DNA from: a virus
Taxonomy: Duplodnaviria > Caudoviricetes
Length of the DNA stretch: 56,622 nucleotides
IMG/VR virus record: IMGVR_UViG_3300043399_000099
Span: 1 to 56,622 of that record
Strand: one strand, 5' to 3'
The position numbers were made by a program, and so were the translations under genes. Positions 7,270-14,349 of the stretch are shown here, piece after piece. Each line of letters opens with the position of its first letter. Positions within the stretch are counted from its first letter, which is position 1. The notes under the pieces are model-generated. The model did no database searches. It saw only the letters and a list, made by a program, of their open reading frames with translations, and had not been told where the DNA came from.

Positions 7270-7860
7270 ATGACAACGACAGTACGTAACATCCTGAAGG
7301 TGTACAGGATGGCAACAGAGGCAGAGGTTCTGCATGGCACATCATGGTATGTCCAAGCACAGGCTCAGGCACAGGCTATGGCTGACTACCATCAGGTTCC
7401 CCTGCGTGTAGTTGTGGGTGTGATTGCCGCCCTGTCACCCAACAATAAGTGGGAGCGCAACACCAAGGATGCTGACACTATGATCTCTGCATTCCTGCGT
7501 GGTGATCCCGTTGACGTGTGCCGCCCATCCACCTACACAAAGATGCGTGACAAGGCGTGGCTGATCATTGCCTCTATGCCTGACACTGATGAGGAAGTGA
7601 TGAGCCTACTTAATGGGCAGAAGATTGTGTCCTTCTTCAAGAACATCATGGGCTATGACACTGTGACTATTGATGGTCATGCCTACAACATCGCTCGTTA
7701 CAAGCGAGTGACCTTGACAGATGACGAGACTAACATTAACAAGTCGGTCTATCTGGAGATGCAGGAAGCCTACCAACGTGCTGCAAAGCGAGTGGGCTTG
7801 AAGGTTTACCAGTTGCAGGCTATCACATGGGTAGTCTGGAAACGCATTCACAACATCTAA
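7270..7860 (+). CDS. Conserved phage protein, possibly HhH-GPD glycosylase-like fold
   Basis: SD GAGGAG; G.SWY, AALSP..KWERN, VTIDGHA, QAITW motifs. Confidence 0.65.
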   Translation: MTTTVRNILKVYRMATEAEVLHGTSWYVQAQAQAQAMADYHQVPLRVVVGVIAALSPNNKWERNTKDADTMISAFLRGDPVDVCRPSTYTKMRDKAWLIIASMPDTDEEVMSLLNGQKIVSFFKNIMGYDTVTIDGHAYNIARYKRVTLTDDETNINKSVYLEMQEAYQRAAKRVGLKVYQLQAITWVVWKRIHNI

Positions 7861-7875
7861 TCAGGAGCAACACAG

Positions 7876-8094
7876 ATGTTTATTATCTTCGCAACCAAGC
7901 CACTGAACGACCGCACACAGGGGTTCCGCTTCAACATCATGGGCCAGAAGGGTCTGACCCGTAAGCGTAAGCACAAGCGTATCCAGTGGGGCATCAAGCA
8001 TCAGGACTGCATGACCTCCATCCACATGGGAAAGCGTAGCGTGTACTTTGAACACAACGCCACCATCCGTAAGCTGTGGCACTTCGCTGGTTAA
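7876..8094 (+). CDS. Basic hypothetical protein
   Basis: SD AGGAG; 72 aa. Confidence 0.75.
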   Translation: MFIIFATKPLNDRTQGFRFNIMGQKGLTRKRKHKRIQWGIKHQDCMTSIHMGKRSVYFEHNATIRKLWHFAG

Positions 8095-8100
8095 TCTAAT

Positions 8101-8130
8101 GGTCACACTAGGCTTAGGCTTGGTGTGACT
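8101..8130 (+). other. 13-bp RNA hairpin related in sequence to the 6696 hairpin
   Basis: GGTCACACTAGGC-TTAG-GCTTGGTGTGACT. Confidence 0.6.
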
Positions 8131-8157
8131 CTGTAGGTAAATCAAACAGGAGAGATT

Positions 8158-8182
8158 GATATGACGGATCGTCCGACAGATA
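8158..8182. promoter_or_regulatory. Early-region palindrome, copy 5 (one mismatch), overlapping a start codon
   Basis: GATA-TGACGGA-TCG-TCCGACA-GATA. Confidence 0.8.
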
Positions 8183-8301
8183 AGCTGCAACTAAAGTTAC
8201 TAGAGATGTGTGAGAAGCTGCTGCCCAAGACGAGTGAGCATGGTAATCAGGCACTCATCACACTACTCAAAGACATACGCAAACAACTGGAGGGTAAATG
8301 A
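8161..8301 (+). CDS. 46-aa hypothetical protein MTDRPTDKLQ...
   Basis: SD AGGAG; ATGA overlap with the next gene; not in the ORF track. Confidence 0.65.
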   Translation: MTDRPTDKLQLKLLEMCEKLLPKTSEHGNQALITLLKDIRKQLEGK

Positions 8302-8525
8302 TTAAGCGTATTCATGTGAACCAGCACACCATCAGGGCAAACAACACGGCAGACGAGAAGCTGCCGCCCCTGTCAGTCAAGACCTACAACAGCAACACGC
8401 TGTGCTATGAGGTGACTGTGCTTGGGCCTAGCAAGATCGTGTACAGCCCAGACAAACCCCTGTCGTGTGGTGCTAAGGTGTGGATAGAAACAGAGGCAGA
8501 GGTTCTGATGGTGACAACGCAATGA
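8298..8525 (+). CDS. Conserved phage protein
   Basis: IHVNQH.IR.N...PLSCGA.VWIET motif. Confidence 0.8.
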   Translation: MIKRIHVNQHTIRANNTADEKLPPLSVKTYNSNTLCYEVTVLGPSKIVYSPDKPLSCGAKVWIETEAEVLMVTTQ

Positions 8526-8920
8526 TACCGAGTGACACACCATCAGGCAGGGACAACTGTGGCATTGTGTCTGTTGCTATGCTTGCTGGCCTATCATATG
8601 CTGAGACTGAGCGTATGTTCATGGACTTGTTCAACAAGTCAGACTACACATCTATCTGGGACAGGATGGAAGTGATACACCTGATTGGCTTGACAGTCCT
8701 TGAGGAAAAGCACTACAAGTTTAAGCCGACACTAAAGAACTGGCTGACCACAACATACAACCCAGCACATGACTACCATGTGTCTATGTTAGGACACGCT
8801 GTCACAATACGGGATCACTTGTTGTTCGATCAGGTGTTTACATCAGGTGTGCCAGCACTACAGTCACCATTCACCCGTAAGCGTATCACTGCTTACATTA
8901 AACTGAGGAGAAAGAAATGA
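8522..8920 (+). CDS. Hypothetical protein, possible papain-like (C39-type) Cys peptidase
   Basis: NCG..S.AM and GHAV motifs; ATGA coupling. Confidence 0.55.
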   Translation: MIPSDTPSGRDNCGIVSVAMLAGLSYAETERMFMDLFNKSDYTSIWDRMEVIHLIGLTVLEEKHYKFKPTLKNWLTTTYNPAHDYHVSMLGHAVTIRDHLLFDQVFTSGVPALQSPFTRKRITAYIKLRRKK

Positions 8921-9123
8921 TTGCGTATAAGAATCTGGATGACATCTGCGAGGGTGTGTCTGTGTGGTCTTTGATGAATGACGAGGGCCATGCTAAGCTA
9001 AAAAAATGTATTAAGGTATATTGGGACGCATACTATGACCCGCCTGAGGGTGTGGTTGGTGTGGGCAGGATCACATACGCAGAGCAACAGCTAGTGCTGG
9101 CACAAGAGGTGAAACAACTATGA
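8917..9123 (+). CDS. Hypothetical protein
   Basis: SD GAGGAG; ATGA coupling. Confidence 0.7.
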   Translation: MIAYKNLDDICEGVSVWSLMNDEGHAKLKKCIKVYWDAYYDPPEGVVGVGRITYAEQQLVLAQEVKQL

Positions 9124-9287
9124 TCTATGAGGAAACAGAACACTTGACAGCACTTGATGCTAAGTCTAAGGGTGAAGCATTCAAGACCGCTTGGGGGTGG
9201 GGTTACGATCCTACCTATCAGGTATACTACAACGCAACAGATGAAGTGTGGGTGTGCCGCACTAGCAGATACTCTAGCTGTGATTAG
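9120..9287 (+). CDS. 55-aa hypothetical protein MIYEETEH...RYSSCD
   Basis: SD GAGGTG; ATGA coupling; not in the ORF track. Confidence 0.65.
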   Translation: MIYEETEHLTALDAKSKGEAFKTAWGWGYDPTYQVYYNATDEVWVCRTSRYSSCD

Positions 9288-9296
9288 GAGATAGAT

Positions 9297-9695
9297 ATGA
9301 CATTGCATAATCTGACAGACCTAGCTAACGTATTGCGTGGGTTGGATAAGTATGATCCTCTCGATGGTGAGGGTTTTGACATGCGCAATGACTGGATCAC
9401 CAGAAAGGAAACAGAACATTCTTGCGGTTCAGCCTGTTGCATTGGCGGATGGGTTCAACATCACAATCCAGAAACTTTTAGGGATCAATTGGGGGTAGTG
9501 GGTGCTGTGGCTACACTACTACCTATGAGTGTGGACAAGGATGATATTATCTGGGATGAACTGAATGAACTTTGCTACCCTACCTACCTTGAGGCATGGG
9601 ATGCGACACCACAACAGGCAGCACGTGCAGTAGAAATCCTTCGTGATACTGGCAAGTGTGATTGGGAACGTGCAATGAGTGAGGAAACAAAATGA
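9297..9695 (+). CDS. Hypothetical protein with CGSACCIGGW motif
   Basis: SD AGGAG; motif common in phage accessory proteins. Confidence 0.75.
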   Translation: MTLHNLTDLANVLRGLDKYDPLDGEGFDMRNDWITRKETEHSCGSACCIGGWVQHHNPETFRDQLGVVGAVATLLPMSVDKDDIIWDELNELCYPTYLEAWDATPQQAARAVEILRDTGKCDWERAMSEETK

Positions 9696-10072
9696 ATACT
9701 TATGACTTTGGTAATGGCCCTGTAGCTGCACATAAGCACCCTAATGGTGGCGGATGGGTAGCTGATAGTGCTAAGGTATATGGTAATGCTGTAGTATCTG
9801 GTAATGCTGTAGTATATGGTAATGCTGTAGTATCTGGTAATGCTGTAGTATCTGGTAATGCTGTAGTATCTGGTAATGCTTGGGTATATGGTGATGCTGT
9901 AGTATATGGTGATGCTGTAGTATCTGGTAATGCTGTAGTATCTGGTAATGCTGTAGTATTTGGTTATGCTAAAGTATATGGTGATGCTGAGGTATATGGT
10001 GATGCTTGGGTATATGGTAATGCTGTAGTATCTGGTAATGCTAGGGTATATGAAGGGGAGATTACGGAATGA
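9692..10072 (+). CDS. Hexapeptide-repeat (left-handed beta-helix) protein
   Basis: About 16 repeats of A(V/K/W)V(S/Y)G(N/D). Confidence 0.85.
   Translation: MNTYDFGNGPVAAHKHPNGGGWVADSAKVYGNAVVSGNAVVYGNAVVSGNAVVSGNAVVSGNAWVYGDAVVYGDAVVSGNAVVSGNAVVFGYAKVYGDAEVYGDAWVYGNAVVSGNARVYEGEITE
9768..10050 (+). repeat. 18-bp tandem repeat array GGTAATGCTGTAGTATCT
   Basis: Directly visible in the sequence. Confidence 0.95.
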
Positions 10073-10212
10073 AATACCTACAGATGTTCACATACTACAT
10101 GGTTGTAGTGGCGATTGTTATTCACCATATCCCATTCCTGCGGGCAAGTTTTGAGGTTCAAACTGACTACTACTATAAGACCATGGCAGAGGAGATGGGG
10201 TTGTGGGAATGA
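10069..10212 (+). CDS. 47-aa small membrane protein
   Basis: SD GGGGAG; hydrophobic N-terminus; ATGA coupling. Confidence 0.6.
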   Translation: MKYLQMFTYYMVVVAIVIHHIPFLRASFEVQTDYYYKTMAEEMGLWE

Positions 10213-10255
10213 TTAGCTTAGCAACTGCCCTAAAATAATAATGAAAGGATAAACA

Positions 10256-10591
10256 ATGGCTTTTTATATGTGGGATCAAAACAACTCTGGTGGAAGTTTT
10301 GTTGTAAATAAGAACCTTTCACATCGCGTTGTAATTGAAGCTAAGAATAAAAAGGAAGCGGAAAGTAAAGCATCTTACTTTGGTATCTATTATGATGGAG
10401 TAGAAGAAGGTATTGATTGTGAATGTTGTGGTGATCGCTGGTACAGAGATTCTTATGAACTTGATTGTGAGGGTATGGACACTTATCTACAAAACCTAGC
10501 TGATGAATATGGTTGGGAAGACCCTGACATTATTGTACACTACCTTGACGGAACTAAAAAGACTTTTACTGGCAAGGGGTACAAGAAGTGA
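10256..10591 (+). CDS. Conserved phage protein
   Basis: SD AAGGA; QNNSGGSF...GIYYDG...DCECCGDRW motif. Confidence 0.8.
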   Translation: MAFYMWDQNNSGGSFVVNKNLSHRVVIEAKNKKEAESKASYFGIYYDGVEEGIDCECCGDRWYRDSYELDCEGMDTYLQNLADEYGWEDPDIIVHYLDGTKKTFTGKGYKK

Positions 10592-10950
10592 TAACCCTAG
10601 CAACCTTATGCCTTGCGGCTAACATCTACTTCGAAGCAAGAGGTGAGCCGCTTGATGGGCAAATCCTAGTGGCCGAGGTCACATTGAATATCGCTGGTGA
10701 AGATGGTGACATTTGTGCAACTGTCTTTGAAGAAGGAGAATTTAGCTGGACGAATGACAAGAACTTGGTTATAGAAGAACCAGAGGCGTTCAGTGAAGCG
10801 TTTGCTTTGGCACAGGAAATCCTTGAGAAAGGTTGCATCCTATGCACTAAGGCTACCAACTTCCACACTAGGAATACTGAACCTTACTGGGCTAAACACA
10901 TGACGTTTGTAGGTGCTTATGGTAATCACCTATTCTACAAGGAAGAATAA
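10588..10950 (+). CDS. Cell wall hydrolase, SleB/Hydrolase_2 family
   Basis: CLAANIYFEARGEP, FSW and GNHLFY motifs. Confidence 0.85.
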   Translation: MITLATLCLAANIYFEARGEPLDGQILVAEVTLNIAGEDGDICATVFEEGEFSWTNDKNLVIEEPEAFSEAFALAQEILEKGCILCTKATNFHTRNTEPYWAKHMTFVGAYGNHLFYKEE

Positions 10951-10954
10951 CACC

Positions 10955-10984
10955 TTGACTAAAGAATAACTATAGGTTAACAGT
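10955..10984 (+). promoter_or_regulatory. Probable promoter for the tRNA/rII unit
   Basis: TTGACT-N17-TAACAG. Confidence 0.45.
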
Positions 10985-10996
10985 GTTAACCTGATA

Positions 10997-11073
10997 CTGC
11001 CACTAGCTCAACTGGATAGAGCAAAAGCCTTCTAAGCTTTAGGTTCCGTGTTCGAATCACGGGTGGCAGGCCA
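10997..11073 (+). tRNA. trnR: tRNA-Arg (anticodon UCU)
   Basis: Acceptor stem CTGCCAC/GTGGCAG, D-arm GCTC/GAGC, anticodon loop CTTCTAA, TTCGAAT loop, encoded CCA. Confidence 0.95.
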
Positions 11074-11093
11074 ACACATTCATGGAGTAGATC

Positions 11094-13043
11094 ATGCAGA
11101 CGAACACTAATCTCCGTGTGGTTGAGAACAACAGCCACGCTACTAAAGACTTCACCATCCAAGCATCGGGCAAGATGTTCCACATGGTTATCTCTGGCCT
11201 GTACTCTAACAAGCCACAGTCAATCACACGTGAGATTTGGTCAAATGCTTTTGATGCACACGCAATGGTGGGCAAACAGGACACACCCTTCGAGGTGACA
11301 TTCCCTACCTCACTGACCCCTACGTTCTCATGCCGTGACTTCGGCCCCGGAATTGCACATGAAAACATGGAAGGTTTCTACACTGTGCTTGGTCACTCTA
11401 CCAAAGAGAACACCAACAAAGCAGTGGGTAAGTGGGGCGTAGGCCGTATGTCACCTATGTCATACACAGATACATTCAGTGTGGTCTCTCGTCACAAAGG
11501 GATGATCGCCTACTATTCCATTCAGCTTGGGCCTGATGGATCGCCGCAGCTTCACGTCATGGCCGAGCCTTCGCCTACTAATGAACCAGATGGACTAGAG
11601 GTATCCTTCCCTGTTAAACGTGAGGATATCCCATCCTTCCAACGTGCAGCAGAGATTGTAGCCTATGGGTTCAAAGTTCCACCACGTGTTAAGAACTCGC
11701 AAGACAAACAGTTTCAACCTATTGAGAAAATCATTGAGGGTGAAGGCTATTACTTCTATAGCGACAGCCGTTTGTCTGGCACTTATGCACAGATGGGGTG
11801 TGTACTCTATCCTATCAACACCAACTCCCTACCTCCAGGTTTGCTAAGCTTTAACACCCGCAATATTGTGTTCGAGTTTGACATTGGTGATCTTGAGGTG
11901 ACTGCTTCTCGTGAAGACCTAAGCTATGGTGCGAATGACCCTACCTTGGGTAACATCAAGAAGGTTATCTCTAAGGTAAAAGCTGAGATACTTGGGCAAG
12001 CACAAACAGAAATCGACAAAGAGCCAAGCTTTTATAGGGCAATCAAAAGTATCACCAAATACACACACGCGCTTGGCTCCAATAATTTCTGTTGGAAAGG
12101 TACACCTGTCAAAGAGTTTAAATTAAATCTGGTATATAAAAACTTGGACATTCACGTAGATGGCAAGGGTTGGAGAGCCAACTCCACTATTGGGTTTGGT
12201 AGCAATAGTTTGGCATTACCACACTTAGATTACACTATCTACGTGCAGAATACTTCCGACAAGGTTGCTAATGTACGGGTAGCAAAGCGTATCTCTTCTG
12301 ATCTTAAACCTAATCAAAGCCTGATCTGGGTTAAGGCTGATCTGTCTGAGCCATTGGCAAAGACTAGCCTAGCTGCGCTAATCCATGACCTTGACTACCC
12401 TGTGAAGTATGTCAAAGACCTAGCTGATGATGGGCCAGTGAAGACAGGGACACGCACTAAGTTGTCTGTGAATAGCCTAGATGAAAGCGGGTATCGCCGT
12501 TCTCTGGATATGGACGATGCGATGTTCCAGAATGGTGGCTATTACTTTCCTATGGAAGCTGGGAAATACCCCCAATATCTTATTAACCTTATACCAATGG
12601 TGAGGATTGAACTACAACAGGAAATTATTCTTGTGCCTAAACCTATGTGGAAAAAGTTTGAGTCAGCCCAACAGTGGCAGTTGATTGTACCTAAGTTGGA
12701 CAGACGGATCGCATATCAGGCACGTTTTGCACAGCTAACCCTTGGTAATAAGTATCTTCACTATAAGTATAAAAAACTACGTGGGTTCACCAGTGATACA
12801 GGTATTGTAGGTGAGTTCGCAAAGAAAGCGAATGCCCCCGACAAGTATGAATATTTAGGCTTGCCCCGTGGCACTTGGGATGCTAACTTGCAACGACTTG
12901 GACTACCTATTATCAACGATGATAAGGTGGAGCAAGAGTATAACGTGATCCTTGACAAGTACCCGCTGTTGAAGCTAGATATAAACTTCGACAAACACAT
13001 TACACACTTCCTGCAATACATCAACCTAATCAACAACGCATAA
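11094..13043 (+). CDS. rIIA: rIIA-like protein (N-terminal GHKL/HSP90-type ATPase)
   Basis: LYSNK..SITREIWSNAFDAH, RDFGPG, STK, G.WG.G motifs; followed by rIIB-like gene. Confidence 0.88.
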   Translation: MQTNTNLRVVENNSHATKDFTIQASGKMFHMVISGLYSNKPQSITREIWSNAFDAHAMVGKQDTPFEVTFPTSLTPTFSCRDFGPGIAHENMEGFYTVLGHSTKENTNKAVGKWGVGRMSPMSYTDTFSVVSRHKGMIAYYSIQLGPDGSPQLHVMAEPSPTNEPDGLEVSFPVKREDIPSFQRAAEIVAYGFKVPPRVKNSQDKQFQPIEKIIEGEGYYFYSDSRLSGTYAQMGCVLYPINTNSLPPGLLSFNTRNIVFEFDIGDLEVTASREDLSYGANDPTLGNIKKVISKVKAEILGQAQTEIDKEPSFYRAIKSITKYTHALGSNNFCWKGTPVKEFKLNLVYKNLDIHVDGKGWRANSTIGFGSNSLALPHLDYTIYVQNTSDKVANVRVAKRISSDLKPNQSLIWVKADLSEPLAKTSLAALIHDLDYPVKYVKDLADDGPVKTGTRTKLSVNSLDESGYRRSLDMDDAMFQNGGYYFPMEAGKYPQYLINLIPMVRIELQQEIILVPKPMWKKFESAQQWQLIVPKLDRRIAYQARFAQLTLGNKYLHYKYKKLRGFTSDTGIVGEFAKKANAPDKYEYLGLPRGTWDANLQRLGLPIINDDKVEQEYNVILDKYPLLKLDINFDKHITHFLQYINLINNA

Positions 13044-13052
13044 GGAGCAACC

Positions 13053-13952
13053 ATGCGTATTCCCTACACACTCTCGAATGAAAGCATCACTGTCTTTGCT
13101 GGTGGTAAGATGCACACTGTCCTGTCTGGACATAAGAACTTTGACCTACTGCGTGACCACCTCAAGCTACCTGAACATTCCCTTGAAGTGATCCTGCGTC
13201 TGTCAGATCATGAAGAGAACCTTCGCAAGTCTGCCGTTGGAGCTAAGGTAGAGATTGCAGATGGTGTTGTCTGGTATGAGGGTGAGGCAATCCACAACGC
13301 ACTCACAGACAAGCTGCTAGACCTACTGGACGAGGGCTTTGATGCTACGCCTTGGGTTCGGTTCCTTGAGAACCTTATGCAGAACCCATCGTTCCGTTCT
13401 CGTGAATGCCTGTTCAACTTCCTTGAGAACTTCAACGCACCGATCACACCAGAGGGTAACTTCATTGCCTTCAAGCGTATCCGCAAGGACTACAAGGACA
13501 TTCACAGTGGCACTATGGACAACAGCGTAGGCAATGTGGTACAGATGGATCGCCGCAAGGTGGATGATGATCCAAAGAACACCTGTTCGTCTGGCTTGCA
13601 CGTATGCGCTGACCAGTATCTACAAGGCTTTGCTGACGCAGAGAACTCGCGTACTGTGGTGGTCGAGGTAAACCCTGCGAATGTTGTGGCTGTACCTTAT
13701 GACTATGACTTTGCGAAGATGCGGGTCTGTGAGTACAAGGTGGTCGAAGAGATTGAACCTGCACGTATCCCAGAAATCCTTGACAACCAGATGTATGGTG
13801 AGTATATACCAGAGGATGACTTTGATCTCACCGAGGAAGAACACGAGTGGGAAATTGAGGAGGAAGGTTACTCTTTCTCAGATGTTGATGGAATTGTAGA
13901 GGATGATGCTGACAAGTGTGGTGATCCTGACTGCTGGTGTGTGAACTCGTAA
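13053..13952 (+). CDS. rIIB: rIIB-like protein
   Basis: F.ENL..NPS, ITPEGNFIAFK, VDDD...TCSSGLHV, V.PANVV.VP.DY...KMRVC.Y motifs. Confidence 0.88.
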   Translation: MRIPYTLSNESITVFAGGKMHTVLSGHKNFDLLRDHLKLPEHSLEVILRLSDHEENLRKSAVGAKVEIADGVVWYEGEAIHNALTDKLLDLLDEGFDATPWVRFLENLMQNPSFRSRECLFNFLENFNAPITPEGNFIAFKRIRKDYKDIHSGTMDNSVGNVVQMDRRKVDDDPKNTCSSGLHVCADQYLQGFADAENSRTVVVEVNPANVVAVPYDYDFAKMRVCEYKVVEEIEPARIPEILDNQMYGEYIPEDDFDLTEEEHEWEIEEEGYSFSDVDGIVEDDADKCGDPDCWCVNS

Positions 13953-14020
13953 TGTGGGGTATAGACTTAGCCTTTCTGGTTAATGCTATCCTGATCGTAC
14001 TACTTCTACTCTTTACATAG
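13952..14020 (+). CDS. 22-aa single-TM micropeptide MWGIDLAFLVNAILIVLLLLFT
   Basis: TAATG coupling to the rIIB stop; fills the gap exactly. Confidence 0.5.
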   Translation: MWGIDLAFLVNAILIVLLLLFT

Positions 14021-14029
14021 GACAACAAG

Positions 14030-14239
14030 ATGTACAGTGTTTACGTCAGGGATAGTGGTGATACTATTGCTTCGTCTGTGTTCGAGGGGTTGGCTGAGGC
14101 TGTCTCCTTTGGCAGAGAAGAAAGTCTTGAGGGTAATAGTATCACTGTCTATGAAGCAGTGCAAGATGCAAGTGGAAACATTCTGCATCTCAATAAGGTT
14201 CTCTCTATGGTTATGCCTAAAGAGACACCTTATGTTTAA
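14030..14239 (+). CDS. Hypothetical protein
   Basis: SD AGGA; 69 aa. Confidence 0.65.
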   Translation: MYSVYVRDSGDTIASSVFEGLAEAVSFGREESLEGNSITVYEAVQDASGNILHLNKVLSMVMPKETPYV

Positions 14240-14332
14240 CTTAAGTATTATATTCTTAAGAGATAAATACTTAAGTAATACATAAAGAGATAGAGGGTAG
14301 CACATGATGATGACTTATGCAAGTGCTACCCT
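14227..14332. promoter_or_regulatory. AT-rich iteron-like module plus 10-bp inverted repeat AGGGTAGCAC-N19-GTGCTACCCT
   Basis: Shares 9-12-mers with 4050-4260; immediately upstream of the recombinase. Confidence 0.55.
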
Positions 14333-14349
14333 TACACAAAGGGAACAAC

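Noticed and set aside
4988-8182. Palindromes as a CRISPR array
   Set aside because: Spacing is about 290-1400 bp, with whole genes between copies; there is no cas operon
4988-8182. Palindromes as N4-type virion-RNAP hairpin promoters
   Set aside because: Stem and 3-nt loop geometry is similar, but no ~3500-aa virion RNAP or any RNAP motif is visible, the loops vary, and sigma70-like promoters are present
4988-8182. Palindromes as integron attC sites
   Set aside because: No RYYYAAC/GTTRRRY boxes and far shorter than attC; the recombinase shows no evident IntI-specific insertion
9768-10050. Diversity-generating retroelement VR/TR
   Set aside because: No reverse transcriptase; the repeats are tandem in-frame coding units without adenine-specific variation
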